From Planctomycetota bacterium (GTDB taxonomy: Bacteria > Planctomycetota > B15-G4), in contig CBDFJQ010000002.1 of the NCBI GenBank assembly GCA_965248575.1, positions 2,016,001 to 2,080,000 of the forward strand: a stretch of DNA of 64,000 bases, in the 5' to 3' direction. The translations under genes and the position numbers were made by a program. Of the stretch, positions 46,347 to 55,776 are shown piece by piece. Every line of letters starts with the position of its first letter. Within the stretch, counting starts at the first letter, position 1. The notes beneath the pieces were generated by a model. The model worked only from the letters and a program-made list of their open reading frames with translations. It did no database searches and had not been told where the DNA came from.

Positions 46347-47377
46347 TTCGTGCGGCCATCGTCGGCGGCACCGGGTATGGCGGCATGGAGCTGCTGCGCC
46401 TGTTGCTCACCCACCCGGAGGTGGAGATCGGCGCCATCACCAGCCGGACCCGGACGGGCCTGGTGGCCGACAGCCATCCCCACTTACGCGGACTGACCGA
46501 CTTGTCGTTCAGCGCAGGCCGGGCCACGGAGCTCGCGGTAAAGCACGACGTGCTCTTCTTTGCCACGCCCCATGGAGTCTGCGCGAAGGAAGCCCCTGAC
46601 GTGCTGGCGGTCAACGATCACGTACGCGTGATCGACCTGTCCGGAGACCACCGCCTCGATTCTGCCGAGGCCTATGAAACCCACTATGGAAAGCCCCACC
46701 CGCATCCCGAGTCCATGGATCGCGCGGTGTACGGCAGCCCTGAGTGTGGGGCCCGCGAGCTCCTGCGCGGCGCGCGCCTGGTGGCCAACCCCGGCTGCCA
46801 TGCCTACGCGTCCTTGATCGCCCTCTGGCCTCTCTATCGTGAGGGCTTCGTCACCGGCCGGGCGAGTGTCTGCAGCGTCACCGGCTCCTCTGGTTCCGGG
46901 GCCAACCCCAGTGCTGGCACGCACCACCCCGAGCGCTTCGGCAACTTCAAGGCCTACAAGCCCCTGCAGCATCAGCACCTGCCTGAGATCCTGCTGGCGC
47001 TGGACGCTGCGTCTGACGGCGAGCCGGCAGTGGTGGACTTCGTGCCCCACAGTGCCCCCATCGCGCGCGGCATCCACGTCACGGCCTTCGTGCCCGTGGC
47101 GCCGGGGCGCGAAGCAGCCGCCATCGACACCCTGCATGCGGCCTACAAGGACGAGCCCTTTGTGCGGCTGCTGCCCAGCGGCACACCCCAGGTGCGCGCC
47201 GTAGCCGGCAGCAACTTCGTGGATTTGGCGGCAACCCCCGGAAGGGGCGTTGTTTGTGTCACTGCAGCCATCGACAATCTCGGCAAAGGCATGGCGGGCA
47301 CCGCCGTCCAAAACATGAACCTGGTCTGCGGTCTCGACGAGACGGCGGGCCTCCGCTCACCGGGAACCGGCCTCTAG
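46343..47377 (+). CDS. argC: N-acyl-gamma-glutamyl-phosphate reductase
   Basis: GGTGYGG, ATPHG, IDLSGDHR, ANPGC, IDNLGKGMAG. Confidence 0.95.
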   Translation: MIRAAIVGGTGYGGMELLRLLLTHPEVEIGAITSRTRTGLVADSHPHLRGLTDLSFSAGRATELAVKHDVLFFATPHGVCAKEAPDVLAVNDHVRVIDLSGDHRLDSAEAYETHYGKPHPHPESMDRAVYGSPECGARELLRGARLVANPGCHAYASLIALWPLYREGFVTGRASVCSVTGSSGSGANPSAGTHHPERFGNFKAYKPLQHQHLPEILLALDAASDGEPAVVDFVPHSAPIARGIHVTAFVPVAPGREAAAIDTLHAAYKDEPFVRLLPSGTPQVRAVAGSNFVDLAATPGRGVVCVTAAIDNLGKGMAGTAVQNMNLVCGLDETAGLRSPGTGL

Positions 47378-47389
47378 CTGGCACTTGCC

Positions 47390-48589
47390 ATGACCCCAAG
47401 CACCGCCGACATCATCGCCCAGGAAGAACGCTGGCAGGTTCCGACCTACGCCCACGCCCCGGTCGCGTTGGTCTCTGGCTCCGGCTCGTACGTCGAGGAT
47501 GCCGAAGGGACCCGCTACCTGGACCTCTACGGCGGGCACTGCGTCGCCCTGGTCGGCCATAGCCACCCGCGCCTGGTGGCAGCCATCTCGGAACAGGCGG
47601 GCAAGCTGCTCTTCTACAGCAACGTCGTCTACAACGACACCCGCGCGCGGGCCGCCGAAGCGGTCACCTCCCTGGCACCCGAAGGGATGCGGCGCGTGTT
47701 CTTCGTGAACAGCGGGACCGAGGCCAATGAGGTCGCGCTGAAGATCGCACGGAAGCACACGGGGCGGCAGCAGGTGGTGTCCATGAAGGACGGCTTCCAC
47801 GGACGCACTCTCGGTTCCTTGGGCGCCACGGGCCCGGATCAGTTCCGTGACCCCAACTGGCCCGTCCCACAACAGCACACGCGCATCGAGTACGGCGACA
47901 TGGCCGCGCTGGATTCGGCGATCACCGACCAGGTGGCTGCCGTCATGCTCGAGCCCATCCCCTCCATGGGCGGCATCCGGGTCGCTCCCGACGCGTGGTT
48001 CCAGCGGCTGGCCGAGCGCTGCCGGGAGACGGGCGCCCTGCTCATCTTCGACGAAGTGCAGACGGGTTTCGGCCGCACCGGAACGCACTTCTTCGGCGAG
48101 CAGGTGGGCGTGACGCCTGACCTGATCACGGCCGCAAAGGGCATTGCCGGCGGCGTGCCTGCGGGCCTGGTGCTCGTGCGCGAGGACATCGCCGCGGGCA
48201 TGAAGCAAGGCGATCAGGGCACCACCTTCGGCGGTGGCCCCTTGGCCTCGGCCGCCATGGAGGCTGTGGTCTCGATCGTGAAGGACGAGCAGCTGGCTGC
48301 CAACGCAAGCAAGCTGTTCGCCTGGTTCCAAGACAAGGTCGCCAGCATTCAAGGCGTCGAACAGGTGGCGGGGCGTGGTCTCCTGCTGGGTATCAACCTC
48401 GACCGCACCGCGAAGCCCGTCGTGGCAGCGCTCCGCGCCCACGGCATCCTGGCCGGCACCTGCTCTGGTAACCCGAACCAGATCCGTCTGCTCGCCCCGC
48501 TGACTCTCACCATCGAGGAGGCTGAGCCCTTTGCCGAAGCCTTGCTGAGCGTTCTCGCGGCGTCCCCGGACAGCGCAGCAAGCACGTGA
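47390..48589 (+). CDS. argD: N-acylornithine aminotransferase (class III PLP)
   Basis: NSGTEANE, FHGRT, DEVQTGFGRTG, AKGIAGG, GTTFGG. Confidence 0.9.
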   Translation: MTPSTADIIAQEERWQVPTYAHAPVALVSGSGSYVEDAEGTRYLDLYGGHCVALVGHSHPRLVAAISEQAGKLLFYSNVVYNDTRARAAEAVTSLAPEGMRRVFFVNSGTEANEVALKIARKHTGRQQVVSMKDGFHGRTLGSLGATGPDQFRDPNWPVPQQHTRIEYGDMAALDSAITDQVAAVMLEPIPSMGGIRVAPDAWFQRLAERCRETGALLIFDEVQTGFGRTGTHFFGEQVGVTPDLITAAKGIAGGVPAGLVLVREDIAAGMKQGDQGTTFGGGPLASAAMEAVVSIVKDEQLAANASKLFAWFQDKVASIQGVEQVAGRGLLLGINLDRTAKPVVAALRAHGILAGTCSGNPNQIRLLAPLTLTIEEAEPFAEALLSVLAASPDSAAST

Positions 48590-49593
48590 CCCCGAAGCAC
48601 TTCCTTTCGCTGCGCACCCTGAGTGAGCCCACCTGGAGCGAGCTGCTCTCGGTGGCAGCGTCCTTCCCGGCGCGGGAGGCTGGAAGGCCGCTGCACGGAA
48701 AGAAGCTGGGCATGTTGCTCATGGCGCCCTCCTTGCGGACGCGCACGAGTTTTGAGCTGGCCTGCGTCGACCTGGGTGCCCACTGCGTGCACCTGCCTGC
48801 AGGCGCCGGGCTCTGGGGTCTCGAACACCGCCCCGGTGTCGTCATGGATGGCCACGCCGCCGAACACGTGAAGGAAGCCATCGGTGTCCTGGGGCGGCTG
48901 CTCGACGGCATCGGACTGCGCTGCTTCGCGGAACTTCAGGATCCAGTGGTCGACGCGCTGGACGCTACGCTGCACGCCGTGGCCGAGGCCTCACCTGTGC
49001 CGATCTTGAGCCTGGAGTCGGCCATGGATCACCCCCACCAGGGTCTGGCGGACGCCCTCACGGTCCGGAGGCACACGGGCGGCCAGCGTGTGAAGATCGC
49101 GCTGCTGTGGGCGCCCCACGTCAAAGCGCTGCCCATGGCTGTTGCGCACGCTGCCGTGACGGCCTTCAGCCGCGAAGGACATGAGGTCGTCCTCGCTCAT
49201 CCCCCCGGCTTCGAGCTCTCCAACGAGGTCATGGCCGACGCCGAGGCCTTTGCCTGCCGGGCCGGTGGGTCCCTACGTGTCACCCACGATCGGCGTGAAG
49301 CCCTCGAGGGCGCCGGGATCGTCTACGCCAAGTCCTGGGGCTCTGCGACCCGCTACGGCGAACCCGATGCAGCGGCCTCTGCTCGAGCAGCCCGCCCGGA
49401 GTGGATGATCACCGCCGACGACCTCGCTCGGGGTCAGCACGCCGCCTTCATGCATTGTCTGCCCGTGCGTCGCGGTGTCGTCGTCGCAGACGAGGTCCTC
49501 GACTCTCCCGCCTCGCTCGTTCTCGATCAGGCAGCAGCCCGCCTGGACGTCCAGAAAGCCACGCTCCTCCATTGCCTTGGTGAGTCCCCATGA
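48586..49593 (+). CDS. argF': N-acylornithine carbamoyltransferase (ArgF'), succinyl-type signature
   Basis: SLRTRTSF, 'MDGHAAEH', HPHQ, 'WAPHVKALPMAV', YAKSWG, MHCLPVRR. Confidence 0.9.
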   Translation: MTPKHFLSLRTLSEPTWSELLSVAASFPAREAGRPLHGKKLGMLLMAPSLRTRTSFELACVDLGAHCVHLPAGAGLWGLEHRPGVVMDGHAAEHVKEAIGVLGRLLDGIGLRCFAELQDPVVDALDATLHAVAEASPVPILSLESAMDHPHQGLADALTVRRHTGGQRVKIALLWAPHVKALPMAVAHAAVTAFSREGHEVVLAHPPGFELSNEVMADAEAFACRAGGSLRVTHDRREALEGAGIVYAKSWGSATRYGEPDAAASARAARPEWMITADDLARGQHAAFMHCLPVRRGVVVADEVLDSPASLVLDQAAARLDVQKATLLHCLGESP

Positions 49594-50549
49594 AGGACAT
49601 CCTCCTGCTCAAGCAGGCCCTGCCCTACCTCCGTCGCCACAAGGGCCAGATCTTCGTGGTGAAGTTGGGCGGCGAGCTGGCCGCCACGCCCGAGGCCTTG
49701 ACCTCCCTGGCTGAGGACCTGTCCCTGTTGACCCATGTGGGGATCCGCGTCGTGATCGTGCATGGCGGCGGACCCCAGGCTTCCGAGCTTTCGCGGCGCC
49801 TCGGCATGGAGCCGAACATGGTCGAAGGGCGACGGGTCACGGACGCCGACACCCTGGACGTGGCCAAAATGGTGTTTGCGGGCAAGATCAACGTCGACAT
49901 CCTGTCCGCCCTGCGCGTGCAAGGGGTGCGCGCTGTAGGCCTCTCCGGCGTCGACGCCGACATCCTCCACGCGCGCCGCCGCCTTCCCACGGAGGTGACC
50001 GACGAGTCCACGGGCGAGAAACGCATGGTGGACTTCGGTTTCGTCGGCGACGTCACCGCCGTCGATTCCCGTGTGCTCCAGCTGCTGGTCGACAATGGCT
50101 ATGTGCCGGTGCTCTCCTCGCTCTGCAGCGATGAGGACGGGAACATCCTGAACATCAACGCCGACACGGTGGCCTCCGTGCTGGCTCGCGACCTCAAGGC
50201 AGCCAAGCTCATCTCGCTGACCTCCGTGCCGGGCATCCTGCGCGACAAGGACGACCCCGACAGCCTTGTCCCCGTCCTTACCGTAAGGGGCGTGGATGCC
50301 GCCGTGGAGAGCGGCGTGATCACCGCAGGCATGAAGCCCAAGGTCAAAGCCCTGGTGGATGCCGTGCAAGGTGGCGTGAACCGTGGGCACATCCTGTCAG
50401 GCTTGGACGATGGGGCCCTGCTCCTGGAGCTGTTCACCCTGGAAGGTTGCGGCACATTGATCGTGGCCGATGACTCCGACGTCCCGGTCCATTTCCACGG
50501 GCAGCAGACCCAGAAGCCGGGCGACCGGGAGCAGGGGGCAGAGGCATGA
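49590..50549 (+). CDS. argB: N-acylglutamate kinase
   Basis: VVKLGG, VHGGGPQ, NINAD, GMKPK; no C-terminal GNAT domain. Confidence 0.95.
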   Translation: MKDILLLKQALPYLRRHKGQIFVVKLGGELAATPEALTSLAEDLSLLTHVGIRVVIVHGGGPQASELSRRLGMEPNMVEGRRVTDADTLDVAKMVFAGKINVDILSALRVQGVRAVGLSGVDADILHARRRLPTEVTDESTGEKRMVDFGFVGDVTAVDSRVLQLLVDNGYVPVLSSLCSDEDGNILNINADTVASVLARDLKAAKLISLTSVPGILRDKDDPDSLVPVLTVRGVDAAVESGVITAGMKPKVKALVDAVQGGVNRGHILSGLDDGALLLELFTLEGCGTLIVADDSDVPVHFHGQQTQKPGDREQGAEA

Positions 50550-51649
50550 CGTCCACCCAGACAACTCGCGAACCGCATGTCGCCGTCGATCTGCTCCAGC
50601 GGCTGGTGCGCATCCCCTCTGTTTCGGGCGAGGAGGAAGCCTGCCGGGACGAGCTGGCCAGCTGGATGCGCGGGCAGGGCATCGAAACGAGGGTCCACGG
50701 TCGCAACGTCATCGGCGTCATCGAAGGCACGGCTTCCCCCACCACGGACACAGGAGACCGGGGGTTGCTGCTGTGCACGCACATCGACGTCGTTCCGGTT
50801 GGTCCGGGTTGGACGCGCGACCCCTGGGACGGCGCCATCGAGAACGGCCGACTGCACGGACGAGGCAGCAACGATGCCAAGAGTGCCGTGGCCGCCATGG
50901 CGGTGGCCGCGACGCAGCTGGAACCCGCCCGTTTCGCCGGGCGCCTGGTGCTCGCTTTCGTCTGCGATGAGGAGACAGGCGGCGAGGGCATCGAGTCCTG
51001 CGGCGAGTCCCTGCCACATTGCGACGCAGCGGTGGTGGGTGAACCCACGGAGCTCGACGTGTGCCCGGGACAACGCGGTCTCTTGCGGGCCCAGCTGGTC
51101 GCCCACGGGCGCAGCTGCCACGCCTCGCGCCCGCACGAAGGGTCCAACGCCCTGGAGATCGTCGCCCGCGACATCATCGCCTTGAGCCAGTTGGACCTCG
51201 GCGCTGAGAACCCCCTCTTGGGCCGGGCCACACTCCAGGCAACCGTCTGCCACGCGGGAACGCGCAGCAATGTGGTGCCTGGCGAGGCGACCGTCGAACT
51301 GGACGGCCGGCCGACACCCGAATGCGACAACCAGCGCATGCTCCAGCTCATCGACGCCGCGACGGAGAGCGAACTCGTCGTGCGCAGCGCTCGCTTGGTG
51401 CCAGCCTTCACGCCCACCGAAAGCGAAATCGTGCGCTTGGCCCAGGCCGCCAGCCCGACCGGGAAGGTGCGCGGCTTCGGCGGCATGTCCGACTTCGTGC
51501 ATCTCTCGCATCTGCCAGGTGTCGTCATGGGACCCGGCACGAGCGTTCAGAGCCACTCCCCTGATGAATCCATAGCCGTCGATCAAATCACTGCAGCGGT
51601 CGCGACCTATTCAGCCATCGCCCATCAGTTCCTCGGCGCCCGCAGCTGA
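50546..51649 (+). CDS. argE: M20-family deacylase (ArgE-like; N-acylcitrulline/ornithine deacylase)
   Basis: THIDVV, GRGSNDAK, DEETGG, VGEPT, HSPDE. Confidence 0.85.
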   Translation: MTSTQTTREPHVAVDLLQRLVRIPSVSGEEEACRDELASWMRGQGIETRVHGRNVIGVIEGTASPTTDTGDRGLLLCTHIDVVPVGPGWTRDPWDGAIENGRLHGRGSNDAKSAVAAMAVAATQLEPARFAGRLVLAFVCDEETGGEGIESCGESLPHCDAAVVGEPTELDVCPGQRGLLRAQLVAHGRSCHASRPHEGSNALEIVARDIIALSQLDLGAENPLLGRATLQATVCHAGTRSNVVPGEATVELDGRPTPECDNQRMLQLIDAATESELVVRSARLVPAFTPTESEIVRLAQAASPTGKVRGFGGMSDFVHLSHLPGVVMGPGTSVQSHSPDESIAVDQITAAVATYSAIAHQFLGARS

Positions 51650-51686
51650 GACCGCTGCCCCCCGGAAGGCCCCTCAGAAGGCTCCG

Positions 51687-53138
51687 ATGACGACCACCCA
51701 GGAAGACCCCATGGCCCACAGCGACAAGAATCCTTCGGAGAGCCAGGAGTCAGGCGACCCCCTGCGCGGGCGCTTTGCAGGGGGCATCCACCCCGCGCTC
51801 GACGTGATCAACCGTTCGCTCCCCGACGACCGCCGACTGTGGGCCGAGGACATCGCCGGAAGCGTCGCCCACGCCCAGATGCTGGGGAAGACGGGGATCC
51901 TGCCTGCCAACGCGGTGAAGACACTGCTGGCCGGGCTCGAACAGGTGCGCCAGGAGTTCGCAGACGGCAGCTTTCAGGAGCAGCCCACGGACGAGGACAT
52001 CCACATGGCCGTGGAGCGGCGGCTCACGGAGCTCGTGGGCGAGGACGGCAAGCGCCTGCACACCGGGCGCAGCCGCAACGACCAGGTCGCCACCGATGTC
52101 GTTCTGCACCTGGCCCGGGCCTCGGACTCCCTGCGCGCCGGCGTGCGAGAGGTCCAACGAGCCCTGCTGGACCTCGCCCAGAAGGATGGGCACGCGGTCC
52201 TGCCCTACTACACCCACCTGCAACGAGCCCAACCCATCCTCCTGGGCCATGCGCTCCTGGCGTACATCGAGATGTTGGGCCAGGACGACGAGGGGCTCCG
52301 GGTCACGCTGAAGGACTGCCCCTTGGGTGCGGGTGCGGGGACAGGCACGAGCTTCCCCATCGACCGGCAGATGACCGCCGAGGCCTTGGGCTTCCAACGC
52401 CCTGCCCCCAACAGCATTGCTGCGGTGTCCTCACGCCGGGAGGCCACCCTCTTCGCGGCCAACATCGCCACCTGTGCCACAACCCTGTCGCGACTGGGCG
52501 GTGAGTTGGTGCTCTGGACCAGCCGCGAGTTCGGCTTCGCACGCCTGGGCGACGCCGTCTCGACCGGCTCCTCCATCATGCCGCAGAAGCGCAACCCCGA
52601 CGGCGCCGAGCTCCTACGAGCCAAGGCCGCCCGGGTGAGTTCCGCAGTGCACCGCCTCTTGGAACTGCCGCGCGGTCTGCCGCTCGGCTACCACAAGGAT
52701 CTCCAGGAAGACAAAGCAGCGCTCTTCGAGGCGGAGGACACCTTGGCGCAGATGTGCGCCGTTGCGGAGGCCATGCTGCGCGACCTCGCGATCAACCACG
52801 AAGCCATGCGGGCAGCGGTCGACGATCCCTCGGGCTTCCTGCTGGCGACCGAGGCAGCGGACTGGCTCGTCGGGCAGGGTGTGCCCTTCCGGGAGGCCCA
52901 TGAGGCGGTCGGTGCCCTGGTGAGCCTTGCCGAGCGGAAGCAAGTGGGCCTTTCCGACCTCAGCCTGGAAGAACTCCAAGCCATCCATGCCGCCTTCGAC
53001 GAACGTGTGTCCCTCGTGCTTCAGGTGGACGGAGCGCTGGAGGCGCGGCAAGCCATCGGCGGAACCTCTCCGGACAATGTGCGTAGAGAGCTGGAGCGTT
53101 GGGCCCAAGCCCTGCACGAACGATCCTCCGCAGGCTAG
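51687..53138 (+). CDS. argH: Argininosuccinate lyase
   Basis: EDIHM, HTGRSRNDQ, YTHLQRAQP, GSSIMPQKRNPD, YHKDLQEDK. Confidence 0.97.
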   Translation: MTTTQEDPMAHSDKNPSESQESGDPLRGRFAGGIHPALDVINRSLPDDRRLWAEDIAGSVAHAQMLGKTGILPANAVKTLLAGLEQVRQEFADGSFQEQPTDEDIHMAVERRLTELVGEDGKRLHTGRSRNDQVATDVVLHLARASDSLRAGVREVQRALLDLAQKDGHAVLPYYTHLQRAQPILLGHALLAYIEMLGQDDEGLRVTLKDCPLGAGAGTGTSFPIDRQMTAEALGFQRPAPNSIAAVSSRREATLFAANIATCATTLSRLGGELVLWTSREFGFARLGDAVSTGSSIMPQKRNPDGAELLRAKAARVSSAVHRLLELPRGLPLGYHKDLQEDKAALFEAEDTLAQMCAVAEAMLRDLAINHEAMRAAVDDPSGFLLATEAADWLVGQGVPFREAHEAVGALVSLAERKQVGLSDLSLEELQAIHAAFDERVSLVLQVDGALEARQAIGGTSPDNVRRELERWAQALHERSSAG

Positions 53139-53213
53139 GCTGGGTCGACGACCCAGCCCTCGTGCGGGGTCAGCCTAGTTGACGGCCCGCCTTCCATCTC
53201 AGGAGACAACACC

Positions 53214-53726
53214 ATGTCGAGCACTGCCCGCCTCTCCAGCACCGCCGCCTGGATCAGCGTCTTGCTCGCCGTCGCCTGGCTCGGCAACGGCTGCACGAGC
53301 CAGACCCAAGCCGAGTGGGAGGGCTGGGATGCCTATGGTGCAAGCGTGTCCGCCGAGAGCCCCCTGTCCTTGGCGACCCTGCTCGAGCGCCCAGAAGACT
53401 ACGACGGCCAGACCATCCTGCTGGAGGCACGCATCGAAGAGTGCTGCCAGGCCAAGGGCTGCTGGATGAACTTGGTGCACGGTGATCAGTCCGTGCGCGT
53501 GAAGTTCCTGGACTACGCCTTCTTCGTGCCGCTCGACTCTGCGGGCCGCATCGTCCGCCTGGAAGGGGTCTTCAGCATCCGCGACGTCCCGGCCGGGGAG
53601 GCCCGCCACTACCTCGAAGATGCAGGCAAGTTCGAGGAAGCGGCGGCCATCACGGAGGCGCAGCGCAGCTTCGAGATCATCGCTGCGGGCGTACTCCTCG
53701 CCGACCCGGCCGAGTCGGACGCCTAG
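53214..53726 (+). CDS. DUF4920-like lipoprotein
   Basis: Lipobox-like 'LGNGC'; 'CQAKGCWM', 'VKFLDYAFFVP', 'ARHYLEDAGK'. Confidence 0.8.
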   Translation: MSSTARLSSTAAWISVLLAVAWLGNGCTSQTQAEWEGWDAYGASVSAESPLSLATLLERPEDYDGQTILLEARIEECCQAKGCWMNLVHGDQSVRVKFLDYAFFVPLDSAGRIVRLEGVFSIRDVPAGEARHYLEDAGKFEEAAAITEAQRSFEIIAAGVLLADPAESDA

Positions 53727-54295
53727 AGCGAGGCCAGCCCCGTGGCTGGAGAGTCAACTCCCGCGTAGTAGGCCCTGGCGAAAGTGAGAAAGTGATCGTC
53801 CAGGAAGGTATCCACCTCGGACAACTCACCACCCGCGCAGTCGACCGTCTCCAGATGGGCGTTGGGAAGGTCGTGGTCGCGCACCGTGGCGTGACATTCC
53901 AGGTTCAAGCCCTCCTCGCCCTGGATCTCCATCATGAAGGCGAGACGTGAAAGCTCGCGAACCGAACTGCCGTGCTCATCGGTACGCATGTTCTTGACCG
54001 CCAGTTCCACCACATAGCGGCCATCGAACAGCCGTCGGGCCAGATGGAAACCAGGGGCTTCGGCAATGAGCTGTCGAGCAAGCAGCTCGATGCGATCGCC
54101 CACCTTTTCCACGCACTCGAGGGCGTGGAGGTGCTCCTGCAGGGACTCGAGCAGGCGCGTGTTCTCACGCCCCTTGGCGTTGGCTCGCCGTGCTTCGCCC
54201 TTCGTGCGGAAGCGCCGGATGTTGCGCAGGAAACGCGAGGGTTTGGCAGGGGGAATCTCGGAAACGTCGGTGTGGCCATGCATCGGGGGGGCCAT
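53723..54295 (-). CDS. Hypothetical protein
   Basis: 190-aa ORF with RBS-like aaagga upstream; no recognisable motif. Confidence 0.6.
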   Translation of the reverse strand: MAPPMHGHTDVSEIPPAKPSRFLRNIRRFRTKGEARRANAKGRENTRLLESLQEHLHALECVEKVGDRIELLARQLIAEAPGFHLARRLFDGRYVVELAVKNMRTDEHGSSVRELSRLAFMMEIQGEEGLNLECHATVRDHDLPNAHLETVDCAGGELSEVDTFLDDHFLTFARAYYAGVDSPATGLASL

Positions 54296-54700
54296 GAGTG
54301 TTCCTTTCGTCTCGTCGAACGGCACCGGATAGCGAAGCGTCGAACGACCGGAGGAGGGAGTCGTCAAGAACTCGACGCCGACAAGTGTAGGCGCCGAACG
54401 AACAGTGTAGGGACGTAGCGAACAGCATTTCTTTGACGCATCTCGGTGCACTGCGCCTCATACGATCTTGTTAGTGATGTTGTCGAACAACGTGACTGAT
54501 TGCACACAACAGATGCGCGACAACACATGACGGTCACACCTTGCGTAGCATCAGGCTGCAAAGCATGCACGAGCGCCGAATGGATCACTTGTTGCTGATC
54601 AGCTGACGCTCCTGCATCCATCCCTTTTGCCCTGCCCATCAAACGCCCAAAAAATTTGAGGCAGCAGCTCGAACGGCTGTCGCTGCAATCCACTTCGGAG

Positions 54701-55168
54701 TCAGAAGGTCATGCAACAGCGCTTGAACTTCTTGCCACTGCCACACGGGCAGGGATCGTTGCGGCCCAACTTGGAGCCGGCCCGCACGATGGGCTCTTGC
54801 TTCCCGCTCACAGCCTGCTCGTAGGCTGACCGTTGGGCGTACAGATACATCCCCATGGTGCGCCCGTCCTCCACGCGCCCCTCAGCCTCGAGCTGGGCCA
54901 AAAAGTCCCGACACAGCGCCGGGACACCCTCGTGGGCTTCTGGTGGCAGGGCGGCCCGCGCCAACGTGCGCAGCAGGGCGTCCCGGAGGTCCTCCTGGCG
55001 TAGGTCTTCCGGTTCCCCGCCGGCCCCCTCACAGGCAGCCGCGAGCCAGGAGCAGAGCAAGCTGGAGCCCTGGTCCACAAGCGCTGGATGCGCCTCGCGC
55101 AAGCCATCCCCTTGGCAGAAGTCCGCGACCCAGCCTTCCAGCCGTTCGCGTGTGTACTCATGAACCAT
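54701..55168 (-). CDS. SEC-C motif domain protein
   Basis: C-terminal [20 protein letters not shown]. Confidence 0.85.
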   Translation of the reverse strand: MVHEYTRERLEGWVADFCQGDGLREAHPALVDQGSSLLCSWLAAACEGAGGEPEDLRQEDLRDALLRTLARAALPPEAHEGVPALCRDFLAQLEAEGRVEDGRTMGMYLYAQRSAYEQAVSGKQEPIVRAGSKLGRNDPCPCGSGKKFKRCCMTF

Positions 55169-55240
55169 GCAAGCACTCCAGGGAGGGGGGAGGGGGCGGC
55201 ATTATTCACGAATCGAGGGCTGAGCGTCTCAGGCAAGCCC

Positions 55241-55558
55241 TCAGCGGAGCACCTGCCACAGAATCACGCACAGAACGAGCAGGACGATCACTCCGCTCAC
55301 GAGCCGACCCTTCACGTCCGCAGGGACCGCCGTGCCTTCCTCCGCGAGGCCCTCGCGCCGCAGGAAATCCTGGTACTCCGCTTCTGCCTCCAGCTCGTCC
55401 CCCTCTTCGAAGCCGTCGGGCACGCCTCCACTCCAGAGCTCGGCCTCTTCGGACCAGCCACTCCGGGAATCCGAACCACATCCGGGGCAGGCGAGGGCTC
55501 CGGCTGCCACCGCCTGGCCGCAGTGCGGGCAATCAAAACTTCGACCACGCTTCTTCAT
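55241..55558 (-). CDS. Zinc-ribbon protein with a C-terminal TM helix
   Basis: CPHCG..CPGCGSD; hydrophobic C-terminus. Confidence 0.75.
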   Translation of the reverse strand: MKKRGRSFDCPHCGQAVAAGALACPGCGSDSRSGWSEEAELWSGGVPDGFEEGDELEAEAEYQDFLRREGLAEEGTAVPADVKGRLVSGVIVLLVLCVILWQVLR

Positions 55559-55776
55559 GGGCCAGCAACCCTAGCGGACAACGCAGCACCAACCGAACCC
55601 TGGTCGCCAGCCCACGGCGCGACATGCCCTCGTGCTCCCCACCGCGCAGCCGTCACAGCTTGCTGCTCCAGCCGTCTTCCCAAGCAGTCACCTGAGCAAG
55701 CTGCCCGAAGAGTCGCCCGCCCAGATGACGGCGATCAGCGCGTGGATCCCGACATCCTCCCAGGCACAATGCGCCC

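Noticed and set aside
43936..53138. Possible LysW-carrier (LysX/ArgX) route as the explanation for missing argA
   Set aside because: No small acidic LysW-like ORF or ATP-grasp ligase in the operon; ArgF' acts on N-acylated ornithine
54701..55168. secA fragment
   Set aside because: Only the SEC-C zinc motif is shared; the rest is unrelated to SecA
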